Shown here: piece after piece, positions 26,586 through 35,088 of the stretch
Numbering within the stretch: position 1 is the first letter of the stretch
How the letters are laid out: every line of letters starts with the position of its first letter
DNA from: a virus
Lineage: Duplodnaviria > Caudoviricetes
Length of the DNA stretch: 51,550 nucleotides
Virus record (IMG/VR): IMGVR_UViG_3300027798_000056
Coordinates: 1-51,550 of that record
Strand: one strand, 5' to 3'
Translations under genes and position numbers: made by a program
Notes under the pieces: model-generated
The model's input: only the letters and a program-made list of their open reading frames with translations
Database searches by the model: none
What the model was told of the DNA's origin: nothing

Positions 26586-27598
26586 TTAAATGTTTCCTCG
26601 CTGAGTTTTTGAGCGAACCAACGCTTTGCAGCCAAGGCAATGGGACTACCAAGTTTCTTGTAGTCAATGCCACTGGCTTGCAGTGTGTCAGCTTCTTCCT
26701 TGAGTACATCTTGATGCACCCAACGAATGAAGTCACCCATGCTGGTCATGGCGAATGGTTTCAACTGTTCATTGATCAGGTTGTGCAAGCCTTGCTCAAG
26801 ACGAGCTTCAGTCACAGCCATCGTCACGAAGTCATTGATCTGTTCCACAGCTTCAACATCGACTGAGGCTAATGTTTTCACCTTGGATGCAGAGTGTTTT
26901 TCACCCTTGACCTTGAACCAGTATTCAGAGGATGGGTTGGAATCACATCGCCATACGATGCCTTCGCCCACACCTTCAATACCATGAGCCAATCCGACAG
27001 GGCAGCAGGCTTCCACCACTTCAGTCAGTTTGGCCAGTTGGTTCTGAGCTTCTTCAGGATGCTCAAAATCAATGTCGATGGTGAAATTTGTGTGTTGTTT
27101 GGTGCTGAAGATACTTGCTTCAGGGCATGACACATTGGGTGTATCCACCCACTGATCATTGATCTTGACAGCAAAGATGACGAACATCTTTGGCAGTCCA
27201 GTAATGGCAACACCTTTTTGAATATTGCCACCACACCATTCGCCATACACAACGATGCTGCTGATTGCCACTTCATTGTGATTGTTCAAGTCTGCGATCT
27301 TTTGAAACATCACAGAGACAGGAAGCAACCATTGTTCCATGTGGGCCATGAAACCAGCATTGTCAGCTTCACGAGTTAAGACACGTTCACGAGATTGGAA
27401 GGTATAACCACGGTCATCAAATGCAATGGCTGCATTGGTTCCATGCAGCTTGACAGTGCCTGTGAATGTCAACTTGGGGTAGACAGGTGCAGGATTGAAG
27501 ATGGCTTCACCAGCGTCATTCTTGCCCATGTAGCAAGCCTGCTCACGGATGGTTTTGACTACGTTGCGGAATTGATTGATAGAGGGAAATGGATACAT
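26582..27598 (-). CDS. RNA ligase (Rnl2-like nucleotidyltransferase)
   Basis: Motif I TVKLHGTN, QSR, YGEWCG, FAV, GEGIVW, FKVKGEKH. Confidence 0.8.
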   Translation of the reverse strand: MYPFPSINQFRNVVKTIREQACYMGKNDAGEAIFNPAPVYPKLTFTGTVKLHGTNAAIAFDDRGYTFQSRERVLTREADNAGFMAHMEQWLLPVSVMFQKIADLNNHNEVAISSIVVYGEWCGGNIQKGVAITGLPKMFVIFAVKINDQWVDTPNVSCPEASIFSTKQHTNFTIDIDFEHPEEAQNQLAKLTEVVEACCPVGLAHGIEGVGEGIVWRCDSNPSSEYWFKVKGEKHSASKVKTLASVDVEAVEQINDFVTMAVTEARLEQGLHNLINEQLKPFAMTSMGDFIRWVHQDVLKEEADTLQASGIDYKKLGSPIALAAKRWFAQKLSEETFK

Positions 27599-27651
27599 TG
27601 TGATTTCCTAGTTGTTAATTTGAACCAAACAAACAAATAGAGGAGTCAGTT

Positions 27652-27693
27652 AAAAAAATAAGACCACCTGCTCCCCGAAGGAAACAGATGGTC
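27652..27693 (-). terminator. Terminator after RNAP II subunit 2
   Basis: Minus strand GACCATCTG..TCC-TTCG-GGGA..CAGGTGGTC followed by T-run. Confidence 0.65.
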
Positions 27694-27697
27694 AATT

Positions 27698-28912
27698 TTA
27701 TGAGAGTGCGTAGTCAGCGTTCAGTACTTGCAACCACATTTCTGGGTTCGGCTTTTCAATGGTGATTGGCTTGGTCAATACACCACTGAGAATAAATGCC
27801 AGCATGTCACTTTTAGCAATCAGAGCCAACTGTAAGTTGTACTGCTTGCGAAGATCATTGCCGTAGTTGGGTAAACAACGGAAACAATCGTGGACACACA
27901 ACAGATCAAATGGCACTTGAGGCAGCGTATCAATCAGATCAATGATCAATTGACGATCCACGTACCGTGCATTGCAATCTGTGATGTGATCAAGGATGCG
28001 TGCAGACAAGTAGCCACTCTTGATGTAGTGCTCCCACAATGTGAGTAACACTTCAGTGTTTTTGTCAGGCACTCCTTCATACTCGACAGCTACATCATGG
28101 CCATGATTGGTCACTGCATAGAGTGCTGCACTGACTACAGCCATGTCATAAGAGCATCGACGTGTCATCTCTCTTACGATGAAGCCATCCAATGAATGAC
28201 ATACATTGGCACCAAGTGATCTGCCTTCAGCAATGCCACGATTTTCGTAGCGAGTCACTGTGTATGGCTGATCAAGGTAGTGGAATGTATCCTCTACCTT
28301 GGCCATCACTTTGCAATGAACATGGAAGTTGTCTGGAAGCAACCAAGAGTACTTGGTCACATCAGCATCCCACATCTGTAAGAACATCTGGTTGAGGTTC
28401 CATGCGTATGGAGCATTGTTCTGCATCGTCTGATAGAAGATGTCCAACAATGCACCTTCACCAAAGACTTCTTTGGGTACATTGGTACTGCCATAGAGTG
28501 AAGTCATCACAGCTTGTTTGACCAATGGTCGTGTCACATGACTGGATGTATCAGCTTCCACCAACATATCTTCATAGATACTGGTGTAGGCATCTTCACG
28601 ATGACCAGTGGAGATAACTCCACAGAGCTTGGCAGCTTGTTCATCACCTGTCAGACAAGCTAACAGTTGAAGTCCACTGCTACAAGCATCTAATGAGATT
28701 GGATAACCACTTGGTATTCCTTGGTTCACATCACGCCATGCAGTAATGCCAGCGTAATACAGTGCTGGAGTCTCTGCTTGTTTGAGCAAGGAGTCCAGTT
28801 GATGTTCGTTGGCATTGAACCAATCAATACGCTCGTTCCAATCTTTCTTGTCATTGCCGAACGAATTACTAATATCTATTTTCAAATATTCACGCGCTGT
28901 GAAGGTCTGCAT
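27698..28912 (-). CDS. RNA polymerase II subunit 2 (N4 gp16-like, T7-type palm)
   Basis: LDACSSGLQ, R..VKQAVMTSLYGS, ANVCHSLDG, VHDCF. Confidence 0.92.
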   Translation of the reverse strand: MQTFTAREYLKIDISNSFGNDKKDWNERIDWFNANEHQLDSLLKQAETPALYYAGITAWRDVNQGIPSGYPISLDACSSGLQLLACLTGDEQAAKLCGVISTGHREDAYTSIYEDMLVEADTSSHVTRPLVKQAVMTSLYGSTNVPKEVFGEGALLDIFYQTMQNNAPYAWNLNQMFLQMWDADVTKYSWLLPDNFHVHCKVMAKVEDTFHYLDQPYTVTRYENRGIAEGRSLGANVCHSLDGFIVREMTRRCSYDMAVVSAALYAVTNHGHDVAVEYEGVPDKNTEVLLTLWEHYIKSGYLSARILDHITDCNARYVDRQLIIDLIDTLPQVPFDLLCVHDCFRCLPNYGNDLRKQYNLQLALIAKSDMLAFILSGVLTKPITIEKPNPEMWLQVLNADYALS

Positions 28913-28921
28913 AAAATACTC

Positions 28922-29545
28922 CTAGTGTTTTTTCCAGATATACCCATAACTCTTTTTAGGTGTCCAGTACCTAATTGAGCCATCTTTCTCAACTTTTCTA
29001 ATAGCAAGTTGTTCAGCTACATTTCGTATGTTTGAAGTTAATCCATTAACTGCTTTTGCAGCAGCAGAGTATGAATGATGTGTTTTAACAAACGTATCAT
29101 CCAATTCATATTGATCAACGGCAATACATCTTTTTGTATTAACACCTTCTTGCATGTCTTTGTAGAATTTACTTAAATTTTCCTTCCAAGTAACTAATTG
29201 AATATTACTAAGTGTATAAGGTAAGTAATCGTCTAGCCGATCTACTGAAGGATGTAGGTCTGTGCTGTACTCACTTGCTATCCATGCTGCGTATAAAGCA
29301 TTTGCATTAGGTTGTTGCCAGAACCAGTTAAATAAGTCTGTCTCTGTGTAGCTAGGTGCTGGATGATTTCTCTTTCTAGATTTAGCTATTTGTGCAGAAT
29401 GAATAGCTTTAACAACACCAACTTTGCTGCGTATAAAGCGTTTCCTACACTTTTTACAGTCAGCCCTTTTGCCTAACTTACCTGTTGACTGTGTATCAAA
29501 GGCTTCAAGTGGCAATTCTGTTTCACAGATAGAACAAGTTTTCAT
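28922..29545 (-). CDS. Free-standing homing endonuclease (CxxC, HNH-like core, NUMOD1-like tail)
   Basis: PSVDRLD...YTLSNIQLVTWKEN; VDQYELD..FVKTH.S...AAK; AT-rich. Confidence 0.75.
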   Translation of the reverse strand: MKTCSICETELPLEAFDTQSTGKLGKRADCKKCRKRFIRSKVGVVKAIHSAQIAKSRKRNHPAPSYTETDLFNWFWQQPNANALYAAWIASEYSTDLHPSVDRLDDYLPYTLSNIQLVTWKENLSKFYKDMQEGVNTKRCIAVDQYELDDTFVKTHHSYSAAAKAVNGLTSNIRNVAEQLAIRKVEKDGSIRYWTPKKSYGYIWKKH

Positions 29546-29617
29546 GTGGGTTCCTTTTGTCAAAAGGGTATTATTAGCTACCTGACAGAATTTGTCAAGT
29601 AGCTAATGTTAGCTAAG

Positions 29618-29803
29618 TCACGTTCCAATGAATTGATAACTGAACCAGAACACAGAGAACACTACCCAGAGTAGTGTCACCCTACTGGCAAACTTGCTGT
29701 AACGAATGTGTTGGTGTGTGCAGAACACATACATTCCGTGCACTTCAATGAGTGACCAGAATACGAAGATGATCCAGATAGATACAGTTAGCCAGAGTGT
29801 CAT
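29618..29803 (-). CDS. Small two-TM membrane protein
   Basis: Two hydrophobic segments; ATGA overlap. Confidence 0.55.
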   Translation of the reverse strand: MTLWLTVSIWIIFVFWSLIEVHGMYVFCTHQHIRYSKFASRVTLLWVVFSVFWFSYQFIGT

Positions 29804-30612
29804 ATTAATTCCTTGTTTGCAAATTCAACAGTTGCTTTACACCAAGGTGTCCCTTGGTAATTGACTTGGTAGCCAGCACAATATGTACGGCCACGTTTGT
29901 CATAGCGATGTGTCAAGTAAAGCTCATTGCCCTCACTCAACAGCAGTTTCATCACGTCCCGTGATGCTCTATCGTATTTTTCAAAAGCTTTGACACGTTT
30001 ACGATAATCGTCAACAGTCTCGTCATCTTTGGGTTTGTCGAGATTCTTCCACTTGTTTTTAATCATGCTCATCACTTCATGATTGATACTCAACTTTGTT
30101 TTGTTAGCACGATTAAGGTGATCGAGACATACATCATCTGTGTGATGATTGTTCTTGAGAATCACTGAGCCATGATTGTGAATACGATACCCATTAGTAG
30201 TATTCTTCTTGATGAATTCAGGAGGCACTACCATAGGCAGTGGATATTGATATTTATCAATCTCATCCTGAAGATCAGAACCAATTTGAGCAACAGTAAC
30301 CAGTATGCCTAGCTGTGGATCAAAGTCAACCAGATCAGCTTCAGCACACTTGCAGATTTCATCAGCAGTGCGTTGGGTATCGTTGTAGTGACCACGCAGG
30401 ATACCCACCATCACATTGATCTTGCAGCGACGATGGATAGCCATCTGTGTCAGAAGATCAATAGCGAAGTCATGATCAATGCCATTGGCTTTGATTACCT
30501 CAGTGAAAGCATCAACGCTTGCAAATTCCCTTCGGATTCTTGGGAGCATTTGGTGTTTGTCGAAGAGGTCTTCAAGGGTGGCTTGGAGAATGTCTTTGTT
30601 GCTGATTTGCAT
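29800..30612 (-). CDS. RNA polymerase II subunit 1 (N4 gp15-like)
   Basis: YQYPLPMVVPP, YLTHRYDKRGRTY, NYQG...KA. Confidence 0.9.
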   Translation of the reverse strand: MQISNKDILQATLEDLFDKHQMLPRIRREFASVDAFTEVIKANGIDHDFAIDLLTQMAIHRRCKINVMVGILRGHYNDTQRTADEICKCAEADLVDFDPQLGILVTVAQIGSDLQDEIDKYQYPLPMVVPPEFIKKNTTNGYRIHNHGSVILKNNHHTDDVCLDHLNRANKTKLSINHEVMSMIKNKWKNLDKPKDDETVDDYRKRVKAFEKYDRASRDVMKLLLSEGNELYLTHRYDKRGRTYCAGYQVNYQGTPWCKATVEFANKELI

Positions 30613-30739
30613 GATGTTTTTCCCAATTTAAGAACGGCATTTTGAACACGGGTATCCACATAAGGAAGCACTTCGTAGTACTCCCCAGTTCCTTGGTTCA
30701 GGAAGATCACAGGCTTACCTGTGTACTTGCAACCAATAA

Positions 30740-30931
30740 TTACTTTTGACATTTCTTTTCTCCTGTGATTTCAGCGATGTACGCTGGTGGTACGGTTGAG
30801 TGTGTTTGACACACTGCATAACCATAACGAGGCTCAAGGCCAATTTGCACTGTGCAGCCACAGACACAACATGGTTTGGGTGTGTGGTAGTAACCCCACT
30901 GATCACGCCAGTCTTTATTTTCAGTAGCCAT
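30740..30931 (-). CDS. Small zinc-ribbon protein
   Basis: CCVCG...VCQTH; GGAG RBS. Confidence 0.6.
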   Translation of the reverse strand: MATENKDWRDQWGYYHTPKPCCVCGCTVQIGLEPRYGYAVCQTHSTVPPAYIAEITGEKKCQK

Positions 30932-30947
30932 GACTATCTCCAGACGT

Positions 30948-30973
30948 AAAAAAGGCTCCTTAGTGGAGCCTTT
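30948..30973 (-). terminator. Rho-independent terminator
   Basis: Minus strand GGCTCC-ACTAA-GGAGCC-TTTTTT. Confidence 0.7.
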
Positions 30974-30990
30974 GTTGTTGAGGTTGATGT

Positions 30991-31359
30991 TTAAGCTGTG
31001 AGCTTAGACTTCAGTTCGTAGCCCATAAGAGGCCACACCTTGTTCACTGCTTGCTCACGAGCAATCTTGCGACCAATGTCAGCATCAAAGTTCTCAGGAG
31101 AAGCACAGGCAGATTCACCAGTAACGGTGAAGCCATTCTTCAGAACCAAGACACAAAAGGTCAACATGCCCAATTCGATGGGATAAACACCACCACCCAT
31201 TGAAGCACCGTCTGCACCTTCACGAGCAGTGAAGTAATACTCTGCAGTGATATTGCTTTGAATATCAGCAGGTGTAATACGTGGAGCAGTCAAGCCTTTA
31301 GCTTGAATTTCTGCTTCAATGCCATGATCGTCAGTACGTGGTGATGTAACGTTGTTCAT
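30991..31359 (-). CDS. N4 gp49/Sf6 gp66-family protein (candidate Acb4-like nucleotide sponge)
   Basis: LTFCVLVLKNGFTVTGESACASPENFDADIGRKIA...A...VWPLMGY. Confidence 0.8.
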   Translation of the reverse strand: MNNVTSPRTDDHGIEAEIQAKGLTAPRITPADIQSNITAEYYFTAREGADGASMGGGVYPIELGMLTFCVLVLKNGFTVTGESACASPENFDADIGRKIAREQAVNKVWPLMGYELKSKLTA

Positions 31360-31361
31360 GA

Positions 31362-31637
31362 TTACAGAGCCATGCTTTCTAAGGTGCCATTTGCTTTAGC
31401 TGCTGCAAATACAGCAGGTGTACGGCCACGGCCTGACCATTCTGTACCAGTCACAGGGTCTTTCCATTTGGGGGCAACCTTGTTAACCGTTTTTTCAAGC
31501 TTGACTTCAGGGATGCCATGCAGCGTCATCAGTTCACGAATCTGCACAAGTGCATCTTTGCGTTCAGCTTTGGTGACTTCAGCGATCTGAGCATCGAGTG
31601 CTTGTTTTTGAACCATAAGTTCTTTCAGTGTGGACAT
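31362..31637 (-). CDS. hns: H-NS family nucleoid protein
   Basis: N-terminal coiled coil (ELMVQKQALDAQIAE...ALVQIRELM..HGI); C-terminal KVAPKWKDP.TG.EWSGRGRTP. Confidence 0.88.
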   Translation of the reverse strand: MSTLKELMVQKQALDAQIAEVTKAERKDALVQIRELMTLHGIPEVKLEKTVNKVAPKWKDPVTGTEWSGRGRTPAVFAAAKANGTLESMAL

Positions 31638-31665
31638 TTAAGACTCCTTTAAAAAGAATGTGATG

Positions 31666-32208
31666 TTACTCGATTAATTCTGTCTTGAGGACAAAATCTT
31701 GTAATTTATCCACTGCATCATCTTGAAACAAGTTGAATACAGGAATAGATAGCCGTTCAGCAAGACGAATTGCCTGACCAGTACCTCCAGTTGCATGACC
31801 GTCCTTTGTCCAGCAGATAACCATTGACACAGGTGTCTTTAGGTCCATCCCCAGTATTTGATAAACATTTCTGGTGTGCATCATTTGTGCACCATTGCCA
31901 CAAGCTTTCCAGTTTGGGTGTGTTTGTTGAGCAATATCAATTGCCTCTAGATGATTCTTCAGTACATGCACAGCATAAGCATCGTTGTGTCCATGCCTTG
32001 CATGATGAAAGCCTTGCCACGGAATGTATATTTCCTTGGTTCCAGATACAGACATAGCACCTTCTTCAAAGGCTATGTCTGCCCCGTCAGCATGGCCAGA
32101 GCGAAGCATCCAGCCACGTTGTGACAATGTAGAGGCAATGCCCCTCATGAAGTCACAAACGGCTGTAGGCGTTTCTCTTGAGCCAATGCCTGCATAAGCC
32201 AGCTTCAT
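31666..32208 (-). CDS. SLOG-superfamily (DprA/Smf-like) protein
   Basis: YAGIGSRETP, LRSGHADGADIAFE, RN..QILG, GGTGQAIR.A....IPVFNL. Confidence 0.78.
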   Translation of the reverse strand: MKLAYAGIGSRETPTAVCDFMRGIASTLSQRGWMLRSGHADGADIAFEEGAMSVSGTKEIYIPWQGFHHARHGHNDAYAVHVLKNHLEAIDIAQQTHPNWKACGNGAQMMHTRNVYQILGMDLKTPVSMVICWTKDGHATGGTGQAIRLAERLSIPVFNLFQDDAVDKLQDFVLKTELIE

Positions 32209-32531
32209 GCTATGCCTCCATGATTGTCAATGAATTGAACAACCTGTTCGATAGGTACATAAGCTGAAGGATCACTATCCGAATAATCGAATTCAGTGAC
32301 TTCAGCACCACGAACATTCCACACTTCCACCTCAGTGTAAGGACCAAAGTCTTCACGAGGTGTTGAGTAATGGTACTGGCTTGCCTGAATGGAAGCAGTG
32401 GTGCCATCCTTGCATTTCAGCACAGGAGCATTGTCCTTATGCCAGATGCCCGGATGAAGTTCTTGAGGCGCAACACTTAGGTGTTCCTGAAGTTTGGCCA
32501 GAGTACTACTAATGACAACGAGTGAGTTCAT
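32205..32531 (-). CDS. Hypothetical protein
   Basis: CKDG...SIQAS..HYSTPR, YVP...V..FID.HGG. Confidence 0.7.
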   Translation of the reverse strand: MNSLVVISSTLAKLQEHLSVAPQELHPGIWHKDNAPVLKCKDGTTASIQASQYHYSTPREDFGPYTEVEVWNVRGAEVTEFDYSDSDPSAYVPIEQVVQFIDNHGGIA

Positions 32532-32534
32532 GAT

Positions 32535-32696
32535 TTAGTACCAGTAAAAATATTTGATGTTGGCTGATTGCTTACGTTCCAGAATGTCTTTCTGTTCCTT
32601 GACAGGCCAGTTAGCTTTCTGGTTCATTGCATAACCGTGCTTCAGCTTATCCAGCTTGACACGGCGTTGTTTCACAGACTGTTGATAGTTTTTCAT
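32535..32696 (-). CDS. Small basic hypothetical protein (53 aa)
   Basis: MKNYQQSVKQRRVKLDKLKHG...KYFYWY; ATGA overlap; fills the gap exactly. Confidence 0.55.
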   Translation of the reverse strand: MKNYQQSVKQRRVKLDKLKHGYAMNQKANWPVKEQKDILERKQSANIKYFYWY

Positions 32697-33139
32697 TCTT
32701 CAGTTGTTTGTTGGTTGATTTTATCGAGCAAGTTTCCACCATCATCCTTCTGCAAGTCCCACAGTCTGCTTAATTCAGCTTCTGTTGGGAAGCCCCACGG
32801 AAACAGTGCAGCAATGTCTTCAGTACTGATAACACCTAGCTTTGCATTCACTTGAAAGTAACGCAATGCGTACACATACATAACAGCCGTACCCGGACTA
32901 TTACAGAGTACACACAGCATCATCTTGACTGGTTCAGTCATGGTCAATCCAATGAAGTCAGCACGCTTGTCCAGTACTTTGTACACAAACTCTTCTTTGA
33001 GTTCTTGCCCAATGTCTTTGTTCTGTGCTTCAGCCATGCAACACATCATGAATACTTTGGTATTCTGTTGAGACATGCGTTCTGTCTTGGCAGTAATGAA
33101 TTCTTCTGCCCATTTTTTCCATTTAGCGTTCAGTTCCAT
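32693..33139 (-). CDS. Hypothetical protein
   Basis: AAGGG RBS; LFPWGFP, DGGNLLD. Confidence 0.7.
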   Translation of the reverse strand: MELNAKWKKWAEEFITAKTERMSQQNTKVFMMCCMAEAQNKDIGQELKEEFVYKVLDKRADFIGLTMTEPVKMMLCVLCNSPGTAVMYVYALRYFQVNAKLGVISTEDIAALFPWGFPTEAELSRLWDLQKDDGGNLLDKINQQTTEE

Positions 33140-33148
33140 GATATTCCC

Positions 33149-33514
33149 TTAAGTTGAGTAGTGGACTACAGCCACTTGTTTATGTTGCATTTGCATATAG
33201 CTGATCATGTAATCAACATCATCATCTTGTGCACAGAAGATCAGAGCACCATCAGAGAAGTCTGCCATCTCTGCATGTACTCGCATTACGGGATCACCCG
33301 CCAATCTACGATTGAGGTTGAACTCATAACACTTGACGCTGTTCTGATTAGCCAGCATGTACGCTAGTGCATCAGCACCGGGTAACATGGCATTCACAAA
33401 ACTAATAGACCTATCCTTAAGGACAGTTTCTTGCATGACTGCAAGAGTTCTTAGAAGAATCTCTTCGTTTTTGAAGCCATCGTTGCCCATGATGAGCAGT
33501 TTGAATTCTTTCAT
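33149..33514 (-). CDS. Divergent YspA/DUF2493-like SLOG protein
   Basis: KLLIMG..F, PGADALA...A, EMADFSDGALIF, MI......K.V.V. Confidence 0.55.
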   Translation of the reverse strand: MKEFKLLIMGNDGFKNEEILLRTLAVMQETVLKDRSISFVNAMLPGADALAYMLANQNSVKCYEFNLNRRLAGDPVMRVHAEMADFSDGALIFCAQDDDVDYMISYMQMQHKQVAVVHYST

Positions 33515-33756
33515 GATGTTTGTCTTTCGTACCATTGAATCTTCTTTGCAGACTCTTCATAAGTTGAACCACAGATGTCTGCATTTGCTTGAAAGTTTGA
33601 GCAGACCAGTGGACGAGTTACTTGACCAAACAAAGAACACAGGCTATCTTTCAAATGAATACATCTCTCACCAGCTTTCTTACCATTGGGCATACCCGGA
33701 ATGGCAGAACTGATGGAGATTTCAACGCAACAAGCAGAGCATTGGTTGCAGATCAT
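33511..33756 (-). CDS. YkgJ/YeiW-family Cys-cluster protein
   Basis: C..C.ACC...SISSAIPGMPNGK.AG.RC..L....C.LFG...RP.VC. Confidence 0.8.
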   Translation of the reverse strand: MICNQCSACCVEISISSAIPGMPNGKKAGERCIHLKDSLCSLFGQVTRPLVCSNFQANADICGSTYEESAKKIQWYERQTS

Positions 33757-34028
33757 TTTGATTCCAGATCAAGCCAAGCACAGTATTCATCGAGAGCAGC
33801 TTTAGCAGCTTCAATGGTTGGATACTGACCACCAGCGAAGTCTTCTGTTTCATCAGTGAAGTCGAATACTCCTTCACTAATCTCCCAGAGATGTGTTCCC
33901 ACATTCTTGGGATATTCAGGATGAACAATAGGTTCAGTACGGGCAGTGCACATGTTGCCAAGAGATTCTCTTGTACGTTCGTATGCTTCAGGGTCTGTTG
34001 ATACATGACCAATAGGTTTGATACTCAT
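33753..34028 (-). CDS. Hypothetical protein
   Basis: AAGGA RBS before MSIKP; FTDETE...Y.T...A..AL..YC. Confidence 0.6.
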   Translation of the reverse strand: MSIKPIGHVSTDPEAYERTRESLGNMCTARTEPIVHPEYPKNVGTHLWEISEGVFDFTDETEDFAGGQYPTIEAAKAALDEYCAWLDLESK

Positions 34029-34042
34029 TTTGATTCCTTGGT

Positions 34043-34393
34043 TCAATTGATGTAATGTTTCCACTCAATAGGCAAGATGCAGTTCTCTGGTGCACCCTTG
34101 AACAGTGGTGCAATCTGGATGTCTGTGTAACCAGCCAATCCACAACCAATACGAGTAACCTCAAAGGTCATTTCATAGTTCTGCTTTGCGAACTCAATGA
34201 ACTGATCGACATACTTTGTAATGTCTTTGATGGGCAAAGTAACAATACGAGCATCTTTGGTTGGGATGCCATAACTGTTTCCCTGCAGGCCAATGCCTTG
34301 ACCAAATATTGCACCATGATGTTTGCGTGCATACAGAGCAGCACCAGCACCATGAATGCCAGCAAGATTTGATCCGAAGACAAATATTGACAT
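34043..34393 (-). CDS. Macrodomain-like phage protein
   Basis: IFVFGSNLAGIHGAGAA, SYGIPTK, TRIGCGLAG. Confidence 0.72.
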   Translation of the reverse strand: MSIFVFGSNLAGIHGAGAALYARKHHGAIFGQGIGLQGNSYGIPTKDARIVTLPIKDITKYVDQFIEFAKQNYEMTFEVTRIGCGLAGYTDIQIAPLFKGAPENCILPIEWKHYIN

Positions 34394-34395
34394 GA

Positions 34396-34815
34396 TTAGT
34401 TCCTTTGGTTCAGTATTTCAGATAAAGCATGAGCTTGATTGATTGGAGTAGACGCAAACATATCTGTTAGCGTGTTGTTGTGAGCTTCTGCATGTTCACG
34501 CAGTTCACTGAGCAGTATTTGATGTGTCTCTGCCCATACTTGCCAGAGCTTCAGATATTCAGCCCACATATCCTTGGTTCGGTCAATAGGTGGTTTACCT
34601 TTGCCCAATTTCCAATTTGTTCCGCCGGGTTGATAGCCCTTCACATCACATTGGTAGTGTTGTTCAATGCTTCTGCCATCAGGCATAACAGCACGAAATG
34701 CACTGAAGCGTGCGTCACCTTTGGATGAGCACTCATAGCCACCACGTCTAGCCCATTGAATAAGCTGCACTGTTGGTTTGCTGTTGATCACAAGACGTGG
34801 TTTGATAAGTATCAT
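34396..34815 (-). CDS. Hypothetical protein, possibly NADAR-like
   Basis: ECSSKG..RFSAF...DGRSIEQHYQ...KG, LTDMF, NQA.AL; AGGAG RBS. Confidence 0.55.
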   Translation of the reverse strand: MILIKPRLVINSKPTVQLIQWARRGGYECSSKGDARFSAFRAVMPDGRSIEQHYQCDVKGYQPGGTNWKLGKGKPPIDRTKDMWAEYLKLWQVWAETHQILLSELREHAEAHNNTLTDMFASTPINQAHALSEILNQRN

Positions 34816-34843
34816 GAGTTACTCCTAAATTGTTGAACAAGAT

Positions 34844-34861
34844 CAGAAGCGACGCAGGAGC
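34844..34861 (-). promoter_or_regulatory. Virion RNAP hairpin promoter P3
   Basis: Template strand C-AGAA-GCGAC-GCA-GGAGC. Confidence 0.75.
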
Positions 34862-35038
34862 AATAGCCAACTTTGTTGGTCTATTTATGGTCTATCTTTG
34901 GTCTATTTCTAGTACCTAAAAGAGCTTGATAGTCTTTCGGTAGTCTTCAGCCAAAAGTGGTGATACTTCAACAGTTAGTCTTAGTATTTCTACTTTTGGG
35001 TTCTACTTAATTAGAACTATATTAGCCTATCGAGCGTT

Positions 35039-35086
35039 AAAAAAAGTAAGGCACTACCATCCCTTTTGGGGACAGCAGTGCCTTAC
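35039..35086 (-). terminator. Terminator after gp2
   Basis: Minus strand GTAAGGCACT...AGTGCCTTAC-TTTTTTT. Confidence 0.75.
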
Positions 35087-35088
35087 GA

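Noticed and set aside
30495-30752. 85-aa ORF upstream of RNAP II subunit 1
   Set aside because: The N-terminal half is plausible (AGGAG upstream), but it overlaps the RNAP gene by about 118 nt; not enough support to call
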